Shown here: piece after piece, positions 1 to 12,700 of the stretch
Layout: every line of letters starts with the position of its first letter
Position numbering within the stretch: the first letter of the stretch is position 1
Assembly (NCBI GenBank): GCA_964057225.1
Contig: OZ059897.1
Span: 10,850,001-10,914,000, forward strand
Direction of reading: 5' to 3'
Source of the DNA: Auanema rhodensis
Lineage: Eukaryota; Animalia; Nematoda
Length of the DNA: 64,000 nucleotides
Notes under the pieces: model-generated
Database searches by the model: none
What the model was told of the DNA's origin: nothing
Seen by the model: only the letters and a program-made list of their open reading frames with translations
Position numbers and translations under genes: made by a program

Positions 1-22
1 TTGTTAAGTTGTTGTAATATCG

Positions 23-94
23 GCCCAAGTAGTATAGTGATTAGTACTCCACGTTGTGGCCGTGGCGACACAGGTTCGATTCCTGTCTTGGGCA
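23..94 (+). tRNA. tRNA-His(GTG), D-loop variant (GG to GA, G19A); representative of a recurring variant class
   Basis: Cloverleaf as in 687-758, but the D-loop is AGTGATTA instead of AGTGGTTA. Confidence 0.85.
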
Positions 95-100
95 TTTTTT
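95..100 (+). terminator. RNA Pol III terminator (T6), repeated after every intact tRNA copy
   Basis: TTTTTT immediately follows discriminator A73, then GTTTT. Confidence 0.9.
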
Positions 101-354
101 GTTTTGAAATTTAAATGCTATAAAATTATTGCTCGCTTGTCATGTTAGATTTGTTTAATTCAAATACTTATTTAAGTTCTAACAATTTTTGATTTAATCA
201 CGTTCAATTAACTGTATTGTTTTCAAAAATAAAGACAAAATTCAATTTCTGTTCATTGAATTAGAATTTTCATGTTGTCACCCAGAAATTGAAGATTCTT
301 AGTTCAATTCAGTAACAATGAACACACTAACTTTGTTAAGTTGTTGTGATATCG

Positions 355-426
355 GCCCAAGTAATATAGTGGTTAGTACTCCACGTTGTGGCCGTGGCGA
401 CACAGATTCGATTCCTGTCTTGGGCA
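355..426 (+). tRNA. tRNA-His(GTG) variant or probable pseudogene (G10A plus G53A); representative
   Basis: TAATAT breaks the 10-25 pair and the A-box. ACAGATTCGA breaks the 53-61 pair and the B-box. Confidence 0.75.
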
Positions 427-686
427 TTTTTTGTTTTGAAATTAAAATGCTACAAAATTATTGCTTGCTTGTCATGTTAGATTTGTTTAATTCAAATACT
501 TATTTAAGTTCTAACAATTATCGATTTAATCACGTTCAATCAACTGTATTGTTTTCAAAAATAAAGACATCTTTCAATTTCTGGTCATTGAATTAGAATT
601 TTCATGTTGTCACACAGAAATTGAAGAATCTTAGTTCATTTCAGTAACAATGAACACACTAACTTTGTTAAGTTGTTGTAATTTCG

Positions 687-758
687 GCCCAAGTAGTATA
701 GTGGTTAGTACTCCACGTTGTGGCCGTGGCGACACAGGTTCGATTCCTGTCTTGGGCA
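687..758 (+). tRNA. tRNA-His(GTG), canonical copy (array consensus)
   Basis: Acceptor GCCCAAG/CTTGGGC, D stem GTAT/GTAC with loop AGTGGTTA, anticodon stem CCACG/CGTGG with loop TT-GTG-GC, variable loop CGAC, T stem ACAGG/CCTGT with loop TTCGATT, discriminator A. No encoded CCA; G at -1. Confidence 0.97.
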
Positions 759-3700
759 TTTTTTGTTTTGAAATTTAAATGCTATAAACATATTGCTTGC
801 TTGTCATGTTAGATTTCTTCAATTTGAATACTTATTCAAGTTATAACAATTTTTGATTTGATCACGTTCAATTAACTGTATTGTTTTCAAAAATAAAGAC
901 ATCTTTCAATTTCTGGTCATTGAATTAGAATTTTCATGTTGTCACACAGAAATTGAAGAATCTTAGTTCATTTCAGTAACAATGAACACACTAACTTTGT
1001 TAAGTTGTTGTAATATCGGCCCAAGTAGTATAGTGGTTAGTACTCCACGTTGTGGCCGTGGCGACACAGGTTCGATTCCTGTCTTGGGCATTTTTTGTTT
1101 TGAAATTAAAATGCTATAAACATATTGCTTGCTTGTCATGTTAGATTTGTTTAATTCAAATACTTATTTAAGTTCTAACAATTTTTGATTTAATCACGTT
1201 CAATTAACAGTATTGTTTTCAAAAATGAAGACATCTTTCAATTTTTGGTCATTGATTAGAATTTTCATGTTGTCACACAGAAATTGAAGAATCTTAGTTC
1301 ATTTCAGTAACAATGAACACACTAACTTTGTTAAGTTGTTGTAATATCGGCCCAAGTAGTATAGTGATTAGTACTCCACGTTGTGGCCGTGGCGACACAG
1401 GTTCGATTCCTGTCTTGGGCATTTTTTGTTTTGAAATTTAAATGCTATAAAATTATTGCTCGCTTGTCATGTTAGATTTGTTTAATTCAAATACTTATTT
1501 AAGTTCTAACAATTTTTGATTTAATCACGTTCAATTAACTGTATTGTTTTCAAAAATAAAGACATCTTTCAATTTCTGGTCATTGAATTAGAATTTTCAT
1601 GTTGTCACACAGGAAATGAGGAATCTTAGTTCATTTCAGTAACAGTGAACACAATAATTTTGTTTAGTTTGTAATACCGGCCCAAGTAGTATAGTGGTTA
1701 GTACTCCACGTTGTGGCCGTGGCGACACAGGTTCGATTCCTGTCTTGGGCATTTTTTGTTTTGAAATTTAAATGCTATAAAATTATTGCTTGCTTGTCAT
1801 GTTAGATTTGTTTAATTCAAATACTTATTTAAATTCTAACAATTTTTGATTTAATCACGTTCAATTAACTGTATTGTTTTCAAAAATAAAGACATCTTTC
1901 AATTTCTGGTCATTGAATTAGAATTTTCATGTTGTCACACAGGAAATGAGGAATCTTAGTTCATTTCAGTAACAGTGAACACAATAATTTTGTTTAGTTT
2001 GTAATACCGGCCCAAGTAGTATAGTGGTTAGTACTCCACGTTGTGGCCGTGGCGACACAGGTTCGATTCCTGTCTTGGGCATTTTTTGTTTTGAAATTTA
2101 AATGCTATGAAATTATTGCTTGCTTGTCATGTTAGATTTGTTTAATTTAAATACTTGTTTAAGTTCCAACAATTTTTGATTAAATCACGTTCAATTAACT
2201 GTATTGTTTTCAAAAATAAAGACATCTTTCAATTTCTGGTCATTGAATTAGAATTTTCATGTTGTCACACAGAAATTGAAGAATCTTAGTTCATTTCAGT
2301 AACAATGAACACACTAACTTTGTTAAGTTGTTGTAATATCGGCCCAAGTAGTATAGTGATTAGTACTCCACGTTGTGGCCGTGGCGACACAGGTTCGATT
2401 CCTGTCTTGGGCATTTTTTGTTTTGAAATTTAAATGCTATAAAATTATTGCTCGCTTGTCATGTTAGATTTGTTTAATTCAAATACTTATTTAAGTTCTA
2501 ACAATTTTTGATTTAATCACGTTCAATTAACTGTATTGTTTTCAAAAATAAAGACAAAATTCAATTTCTGTTCATTGAATTAGAATTTTCATGTTGTCAC
2601 CCAGAAATTGAAGATTCTTAGTTCAATTCAGTAACAATGAACACACTAACTTTGTTAAGTTGTTGTGATATCGGCCCAAGTAATATAGTGGTTAGTACTC
2701 CACGTTGTGGCCGTGGCGACACAGATTCGATTCCTGTCTTGGGCATTTTTTGTTTTGAAATTAAAATGCTACAAAATTATTGCTTGCTTGTCATGTTAGA
2801 TTTGTTTAATTCAAATACTTATTTAAGTTCTAACAATTATCGATTTAATCACGTTCAATCAACTGTATTGTTTTCAAAAATAAAGACATCTTTCAATTTC
2901 TGGTCATTGAATTAGAATTTTCATGTTGTCACACAGAAATTGAAGAATCTTAGTTCATTTCAGTAACAATGAACACACTAACTTTGTTAAATTGTTGTAA
3001 TATCGGCCCAAGTAGTATAGTGGTTAGTACTCCACGTTGTGGCCGTGGCGACACAGGTTCGATTCCTGTCTTGGGCATTTTTTGTTTTGAAATTTAAATG
3101 CTATAAACATATTGCTTGCTTGTCATGTTAGATTTCTTCAATTTGAATACTTATTCAAGTTATAACAATTTTTGATTTAATCACGTTCAATTAACTGTAT
3201 TGTTTTCAAAAATAAAGACATCTTTCAATTTCTGGTCATTGAATTAGAATTTTCATGTTGTCACACAGAAATTGAAGAATCTTAGTTCATTTCAGTAACA
3301 ATGAACACACTAACTTTGTTAAGTTGTTGTAATATCGGCCCAAGTAGTATAGTGGTTAGTACTCCACGTTGTGGCCGTGGCGACACAGGTTCGATTCCTG
3401 TCTTGGGCATTTTTTGTTTTGAAATTTAAATGCTATAAAATTATTGCTTGCTTGTCATGTTAGATTTGTTTAATTCAAATACTTATTTAAATTCTAACAA
3501 TTTTTGATTTAATCACGTTCAATTAACTGTATTGTTTTCAAAAATAAAGACATCTTTCAATTTCTGGTCATTGAATTAGAATTTTCATGTTGTCACACAG
3601 GAAATGAGGAATCTTAGTTCATTTCAGTAACAGTGAACACAATAATTTTGTTTAGTTTGTAATACCGGCCCAAGTAGTATAGTGGTTAGTACTCCACGTT

Positions 3701-6700
3701 GTGGCCGTGGCGACACAGGTTCGATTCCTGTCTTGGGCATTTTTTGTTTTGAAATTTAAATGCTATGAAATTATTGCTTGCTTGTCATGTTAGATTTGTT
3801 TAATTTAAATACTTGTTTAAGTTCCAACAATTTTTGATTAAATCACGTTCAATTAACTGTATTGTTTTCAAAAATAAAGACATCTTTCAATTTCTGGTCA
3901 TTGAATTAGAATTTTCATGTTGTCACACAGAAATTGAAGAATCTTAGTTCATTTCAGTAACAATGAACACACTAACTTTGTTAAGTTGTTGTAATATCGG
4001 CCCAAGTAGTATAGTGATTAGTACTCCACGTTGTGGCCGTGGCGACACAGGTTCGATTCCTGTCTTGGGCATTTTTTGTTTTGAAATTTAAATGCTATAA
4101 AATTATTGCTCGCTTGTCATGTTAGATTTGTTTAATTCAAATACTTATTTAAGTTCTAACAATTTTTGATTTAATCACGTTCAATTAACTGTATTGTTTT
4201 CAAAAATAAAGACAAAATTCAATTTCTGTTCATTGAATTAGAATTTTCATGTTGTCACCCAGAAATTGAAGATTCTTAGTTCAATTCAGTAACAATGAAC
4301 ACACTAACTTTGTTAAGTTGTTGTGATATCGGCCCAAGTAATATAGTGGTTAGTACTCCACGTTGTGGCCGTGGCGACACAGATTCGATTCCTGTCTTGG
4401 GCATTTTTTGTTTTGAAATTAAAATGCTACAAAATTATTGCTTGCTTGTCATGTTAGATTTGTTTAATTCAAATACTTATTTAAGTTCTAACAATTATCG
4501 ATTTAATCACGTTCAATCAACTGTATTGTTTTCAAAAATAAAGACATCTTTCAATTTCTGGTCATTGAATTAGAATTTTCATGTTGTCACACAGAAATTG
4601 AAGAATCTTAGTTCATTTCAGTAACAATGAACACACTAACTTTGTTAAGTTGTTGTAATTTCGGCCCAAGTAGTATAGTGGTTAGTACTCCACGTTGTGG
4701 CCGTGGCGACACAGGTTCGATTCCTGTCTTGGGCATTTTTTGTTTTGAAATTTAAATGCTATAAACATATTGCTTGCTTGTCATGTTAGATTTCTTCAAT
4801 TTGAATACTTGTTTAAGTTCCAACAATTTTTGATTAAATCACGTTCAATTAACTGTATTGTTTTCAAAAATAAAGACATCTTTCAATTTCTGGTCATTGA
4901 ATTAGAATTTTCATGTTGTCACACAGAAATTGAAGAATCTTAGTTCATTTCAGTAACAATGAACACACTAACTTTGTTAAGTTGTTGTAATATCGGCCCA
5001 AGTAGTATAGTGATTAGTACTCCACGTTGTGGCCGTGGCGACACAGGTTCGATTCCTGTCTTGGGCATTTTTTGTTTTGAAATTTAAATGCTATAAAATT
5101 ATTGCTTGCTTGTCATGTTAGATTTGTTTAATTCAAATACTTATTTAAATTCTAACAATTTTTAATTTAATCACGTTCAATTAACTGTATTGTTTTCAAA
5201 AATAAAGACATCTTTCAATTTCTGGTCATTGAATTAGAATTTTCATGTTGTCACACAGAAATTGAAGAATCTTAGTTCATTTCAGTAACAATGAACACAC
5301 TAACTTTGTTAAGTTGTTGTAATATCGGCCCAAGTAGTATAGTGGTTAGTACTCCACGTTGTGGCCGTGGCGACACAGGTTCGATTCCTGTCTTGGGCAT
5401 TTTTTGTTTTGAAATTAAAATGCTATAAACATATTGCTTGCTTGTCATGTTAGATTTGTTTAATTCAAATACTTATTTAAGTTCTAACAATTTTTGATTT
5501 AATCACGTTCAATTAACAGTATTGTTTTCAAAAATGAAGACATCTTTCAATTTTTGGTCATTGATTAGAATTTTCATGTTGTCACACAGAAATTGAAGAA
5601 TCTTAGTTCATTTCAGTAACAATGAACACACTAACTTTGTTAAGTTGTTGTAATATCGGCCCAAGTAGTATAGTGATTAGTACTCCACGTTGTGGCCGTG
5701 GCGACACAGGTTCGATTCCTGTCTTGGGCATTTTTTGTTTTGAAATTTAAATGCTATAAAATTATTGCTCGCTTGTCATGTTAGATTTGTTTAACTCAAA
5801 TACTTATTTAAGTTCTAACAATTTTTGATTTAATCACGTTCAATTAACTGTATTGTTTTCAAAAATAAAGACAAAATTCAATTTCTGTTCATTGAATTAG
5901 AATTTTCATGTTGTCACCCAGAAATTGAAGATTCTTAGTTCAATTCAGTAACAATGAACACACTAACTTTGTTAAGTTGTTGTGATATCGGCCCAAGTAA
6001 TATAGTGGTTAGTACTCCACGTTGTGGCCGTGGCGAAACAGATTCGATTCCTGTCTTTGGCATTTTTTGTTTTGAAATTAAAATGCTACAAAATTATTGC
6101 TTGCTTGTCATGTTAGATTTGTTTAATTCAAATACTTATTTAAGTTCTAACAATTATCGATTTAATCACGTTCAATCAACTGTATTGTTTTCAAAAATAA
6201 AGACATCTTTCAATTTCTGGTCATTGAATTAGAATTTTCATGTTGTCACACAGAAATTGAAGAATCTTAGTTCAATTCAGTAACAATGAACACACTAACT
6301 TTGTTAAGTTGTTGTAATATCGGCCCAAGTAGTATAGTGGTTAGTACTCCACGTTGTGGCCGTGGCGACACAGATTCGATTCCTGTTTTGGGCATTTTTT
6401 GTTTTGAAATTTAAATGCTATAAACATATTGCTTGCTTGTCATGTTAGATTTGTTTAATTCAAATACTCATTTAAGTTCTATCAATTTTCGATTTAATCA
6501 CGTTCAATCAACTGTATTGTTTTCAAAAATAAAGACATCTTTCAATTTCTGGTCATTGAATTAGAATTTCCATGTTGTCACACAGAAATTGAAGAATCTT
6601 AGTTCATTTCAGTAACAATGAACACACTAATTTTGTTAAGTTGTTGTAATATCGGCCCAAGTAGTATAGTGGTTAGTACTCCACGTTGTGGCCGTGGCGA

Positions 6701-9700
6701 CACAGGTTCGATTCCTGTCTTGGGCATTTTTTGTTTTGAAATTAAAATGCTATAAAATTATTGCTTGCTTGTCTTGTTAGATTTGTTTAATTCAAATACT
6801 TATTTAAGTTCTAACAATTTTCGATTTAATCACGTTCAATCAACTGTATTGTTTTCAAAAATAAAGACATCTTTCAATTTCTGGTCATTGAATTAGAATT
6901 TTCATGTTGTCACACAGAAATTGAAGAATCTTAGTTCATTTCAGTAACAATGAACACACTAACTTTGTTAAGTTGTTGTAATATTGGCCCAAGTAGTATA
7001 GTGGTTAGTACTCCACGTTGTGGCCGTGGCGACACAGATTCGATTCCTGTCTTGGGCATTTTTTGTTTTGAAATTAAAGTGCTATAAACATATTGCTTGC
7101 TTGTCATGTTAGATTTGTTTAATTCGAATACTTATTTAAGTTCTATCAATTTTCGATTTAATCACGTTCAATCAACTGTATTGTTTTCAAAAATAAAGAC
7201 ATCTTTCAATTTCTGGTCATTGAATTAGAATTTTCATGTTGTCACACAGAAATTGAAGAATCTTAGTTCATTTCAGTAACAATGAACACACTGACTTTGT
7301 TTAGTTGTTGTAATATCGGCCCAAGTAGTATAGTGGTTAGTACTCCACGTTGTGGCCGTGGCGACACAGGTTCGATTCCTGTCTTGGGCATTTTTTGTTT
7401 TGAAATTAAAATGCTATAAAATTATTGCTTGCTTGTCTTGTTAGATTTCTTTAATTTGAATACTTATTCAAGTTATAACAATTTTCGATTTAATCACGTT
7501 CAATCAACTGTATTGTTTTCAAAAATAAAGACATCTTTCAATTTCTGGTCATTGAATTAGAATTTTCATGTTGTCACCCAGAAATTGAAGAATCTTATTT
7601 CATTTCAGTAACAATGAACACACTAACTTTGTTAAGTTGTTGTAATATCGGCCCAAGTAGTATGGTGGTTAGTACTCCACGTTGTGGCCGTGGCGACACA
7701 GATTCGATTCCTGTCTTGGGCATTTTTTGTTTTGAAATTAAAGTGCTATAAACATATTGCTTGCTTGTCATGTTAGATTTGTTTAATTCAAATACTTATT
7801 TAAGTTCTATCAATTTTCGATTTAATCACGTTCAATCAACTGTATTGTTTTCAAAAATAAAGACATCTTTCAATTTCTGGTCATTGAATTAGAATTTTCA
7901 TGTTGTCACACAGAAATTGAAGAATCTTAGTTCATTTCAGTAACAATGAACACACTGACTTTGTTAAGTTGTTGTAATATCGGCCCAAGTAGTATAGTGG
8001 TTAGTACTCCACGTTGTGGCCGTGGCGACACAGGTTCGATTCCTGTCTTGGGCATTTTTTGTTTTGAAATTAAAATGCTATAAAATTATTGCTTGCTTGT
8101 CTTGTTAGATTTCTTTAATTTGAATACTTATTCAAGTTATAACAATTTTCGATTTAATCACGTTCAATCAACTGTATTGTTTTCAAAAATAAAGACATCT
8201 TTCAATTTCTGGTCATTGAATTAGAATTTTCATGTTGTCACCCAGAAATTGAAGAATCTTATTTCATTTCAGTAACAATGAACACACTAACTTTGTTAAG
8301 TTGTTTTAATATCGGCCCAAGTAGTATAGTGATTAGTACTCCACGTTGTGGCCGTGGCGACACAGGTTCGATTCCTGTCTTGGGCATTTTTTGTTTTGAA
8401 ATTTAAATGCTATAAAATTATTGCTCGCTTGTCATGTTAGATTTGTTTAATTCAAATACTTATTTAAGTTCTAACAATTTTTGATTTAATCACGTTCAAT
8501 TAACTGTATTGTTTTCAAAAATAAAGACAAAATTCAATTTCTGTTCATTGAATTAGAATTTTCATGTTGTCACCCAGAAATTGAAGATTCTTAGTTCAAT
8601 TCAGTAACAATGAACACACTAACTTTGTTAAGTTGTTGTGATATCGGCCCAAGTAATATAGTGGTTAGTACTCCACGTTGTGGCCGTGGCGACACAGGTT
8701 CGATTCCTGTCTTGGGCATTTTTTGTTTTGAAATTAAAATGCTATAAACATATTGCTTGCTTGTCATGTTAGATTTCTTCAATTTGAATACTTATTCAAG
8801 TTATAACAATTTTTGATTTAATCACGTTCAATTAACTGTATTGTTTTCAAAAATAAAGACATCTTTCAATTTCTGGTCATTGAATTAGAATTTTCATGTT
8901 GTCACACAGAAATTGAAGAATCTTAGTTCATTTCAGTAACAATGAACACACTAACTTTGTTATGTTGTTGTAATATCGGCCCAAGTAGTATGGTGGTTAG
9001 TACTCCACGTTGTGGCCGTGGCGACACAGATTCGATTCCTGTCTTGGGCATTTTTTGTTTTGAAATTAAAGTGCTATAAACATATTGCTTGCTTGTCATG
9101 TTAGATTTGTTTAATTCAAATACTTATTTAAGTTCTATCAATTTTCGATTTAATCACGTTCAATCAACTGTATTGTTTTCAAAAATAAAGACATCTTTCA
9201 ATTTCTGGTCATTGAATTAGAATTTTCATGTTGTCACACAGAAATTGAAGAATCTTAGTTCATTTCAGTAACAATGAACACACTAACTTTGTTAAGTTGT
9301 TGTAATATCGGCCCAAGTAGTATAGTGGTTAGTACTCCACGTTGTGGCCGTGGCGACACAGGTTCGATTCCTGTCTTGGGCATTTTTTGTTTTGAAATTA
9401 AAATGCTATAAACATATTGCTTGCTTGTCATGTTAGATTTGTTTAATTCAAATACTTATTTAAGTTCTAACAATTTTTGATTTAATCACGTTCAATTAAC
9501 AGTATTGTTTTCAAAAATGAAGACATCTTTCAATTTTTGGTCATTGATTAGAATTTTCATGTTGTCACACAGAAATTGAAGAATCTTAGTTCATTTCAGT
9601 AACAATGAACACACTAACTTTGTTAAGTTGTTGTAATATCGGCCCAAGTAGTATAGTGGTTAGTACTCCACGTTGTGGCCGTGGCGACACAGGTTCGATT

Positions 9701-12700
9701 CCTGTCTTGGGCATTTTTTGTTTTGAAATTTAAATGCTATAAAATTATTGCTTGCTTGTCATGTTAGATTTGTTTAATTCAAATACTTATTTAAATTCTA
9801 ACAATTTTTGATTTAATCACGTTCAATTAACTGTATTGTTTTCAAAAATAAAGACATCTTTCAATTTCTGGTCATTGAATTAGAATTTTCATGTTGTCAC
9901 ACAGGAAATGAAGAATCTTAGTTCATTTCAGTAACAATGAACACAATAATTTTGTTTAGTTTGTAATACCGGCCCAAGTAGTATAGTGGTTAGTACTCCA
10001 CGTTGTGGCCGTGGCGACACAGGTTCGATTCCTGTCTTGGGCATTTTTTGTTTTGAAATTTAAATGCTATAAAATTATTGCTTGCTTGTCATGTTAGATT
10101 TGTTTAATTTAAATACTCATTTAAGTTCCAACAATTTTCGATTAAATCACGTTCATTTAACTGTATTGTTTTCAAAAATAAAGACAAAATTCAATTTCTG
10201 TTCATTGAATTAGAATTTTCATGTTGTCACACAGAAATTGAAGAATCTTAGTTCATTTCAGTAACAATGAACACACTAACTTTGTTAAGTTGTTGTAATA
10301 TCGGCCCAAGTAGTATAGTGGTTAGTACTCCACGTTGTGGCCGTGGCGACACAGGTTCGATTCCTGTCTTGGGCATTTTTTGTTTTGAAATTTAAATGCT
10401 ATGAAATTATTGCTTGCTTGTCATGTTAGATTTGTTTAATTTAAATACTTGTTTAAGTTCCAACAATTTTTGATTAAATCACGTTCAATTAACTGTATTG
10501 TTTTCAAAAATAAAGACATCTTTCAATTTCTGGTCATTGAATTAGAATTTTCATGTTGTCACACAGAAATTGAAGAATCTTAGTTCATTTCAGTAACAAT
10601 GAACACACTAACTTTGTTAAGTTGTTGTAATATCGGCCCAAGTAGTATAGTGATTAGTACTCCACGTTGTGGCCGTGGCGACACAGGTTCGATTCCTGTC
10701 TTGGGCATTTTTTGTTTTGAAATTTAAATGCTATAAAATTATTGCTCGCTTGTCATGTTAGATTTGTTTAATTCAAATACTTATTTAAGTTCTAACAATT
10801 TTTGATTTAATCACGTTCAATTAACTGTATTGTTTTCAAAAATAAAGACAAAATTCAATTTCTGTTCATTGAATTAGAATTTTCATGTTGTCACCCAGAA
10901 ATTGAAGATTCTTAGTTCATTTCAGTAACAATGAACACAATAATTTTGTTTAGTTTGTAATACCGGCCCAAGTAGTATAGTGGTTAGTACTCCACGTTGT
11001 GGCCGTGGCGACACAGGTTCGATTCCTGTCTTGGGCATTTTTTGTTTTGAAATTTAAATGCTATAAAATTATTGCTTGCTTGTCATGTTAGATTTGTTTA
11101 ATTTAAATACTTGTTTAAGTTCCAACAATTTTTGATTAAATCACGTTCAATTAACTGTATTGTTTTCAAAAATAAAGACATCTTTCAATTTCTGGTCATT
11201 GAATTAGAATTTTCATGTTGTCACACAGAAATTGAAGAATCTTAGTTCATTTCAGTAACAATGAACACACTAACTTTGTTAAGTTGTTGTAATATCGGCC
11301 CAAGTAGTATAGTGACTAGTACTCCACGTTGTGGCCGTGGCGACACAGGTTCGATTCCTGTCTTGGGCATTTTTTGTTTTGAAATTTAAATGCTATAAAA
11401 TTATTGCTCGCTTGTCATGTTAGATTTGTTTAATTCAAATACTTATTTAAGTTCTAACAATTTTTGATTTAATCACGTTCAATTAACTGTATTGTTTTCA
11501 AAAATAAAGACAAAATTCAATTTCTGTTCATTGAATTAGAATTTTCATGTTGTCACCCAGAAATTGAAGATTCTTAGTTCAATTCAGTAACAATGAACAC
11601 ACTAACTTTGTTAAGTTGTTGTGATATCGGCCCAAGTAATATAGTGGTTAGTACTCCACGTTGTGGCCGTGGCGACACAGATTCGATTCCTGTCTTTGGC
11701 ATTTTTTGTTTTGAAATTTAAATGCTATAAAATTATTGCTTGCTTGTCATGTTAGATTTGTTTAATTCAAATACTTATTTAAATTCTAACAATTTTTGAT
11801 TTAATCACGTTCAATTAACTGTATTGTTTTCAAAAATAAAGACATCTTTCAATTTCTGGTCATTGAATTAGAATTTTCATGTTGTCACACAGGAAATGAA
11901 GAATCTTAGTTCATTTCAGTAACAATGAACACAATAATTTTGTTTAGTTTGTAATACCGGCCCAAGTAGTATAGTGGTTAGTACTCCACGTTGTGGCCGT
12001 GGCGACACAGGTTCGATTCCTGTCTTGGGCATTTTTTGTTTTGAAATTTAAATGCTATAAAATTATTGCTTGCTTGTCATGTTAGATTTGTTTAATTTAA
12101 ATACTTGTTTAAGTTCCAACAATTTTTGATTAAATCACGTTCAATTAACTGTATTGTTTTCAAAAATAAAGACATCTTTCAATTTCTGGTCATTGAATTA
12201 GAATTTTCATGTTGTCACACAGAAATTGAAGAATCTTAGTTCATTTCAGTAACAATGAACACACTAACTTTGTTAAGTTGTTGTAATATCGGCCCAAGTA
12301 GTATAGTGATTAGTACTCCACGTTGTGGCCGTGGCGACACAGGTTCGATTCCTGTCTTGGGCATTTTTTGTTTTGAAATTTAAATGCTATAAAATTATTG
12401 CTCGCTTGTCATGTTAGATTTGTTTAATTCAAATACTTATTTAAGTTCTAACAATTTTTGATTTAATCACGTTCAATTAACTGTATTGTTTTCAAAAATA
12501 AAGACAAAATTCAATTTCTGTTCATTGAATTAGAATTTTCATGTTGTCACCCAGAAATTGAAGATTCTTAGTTCAATTCAGTAACAATGAACACACTAAC
12601 TTTGTTAAGTTGTTGTGATATCGGCCCAAGTAATATAGTGGTTAGTACTCCACGTTGTGGCCGTGGCGACACAGATTCGATTCCTGTCTTTGGCATTTTT

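Noticed and set aside
1-332. Unit as a tRNA-derived SINE
   Set aside because: Complete cloverleaf with an immediate T6 terminator, no tail or TSDs, strict tandem arrangement.
329-342. Small inverted repeat AACTT-TGTT-AAGTT upstream of the tRNA
   Set aside because: A 5-bp AT-rich stem is expected by chance and is not kept in the 330-bp unit variant.
318-596. Recurrent 92-aa ORF (MNTLTLLSCC...) and related 60-68 aa ORFs in the array; many units also have TTTCAG just before this ATG
   Set aside because: The ORF runs through the tRNA gene and is open only in units where SNPs remove stops. The units with the open frame have ATTCAG rather than TTTCAG. No protein features.
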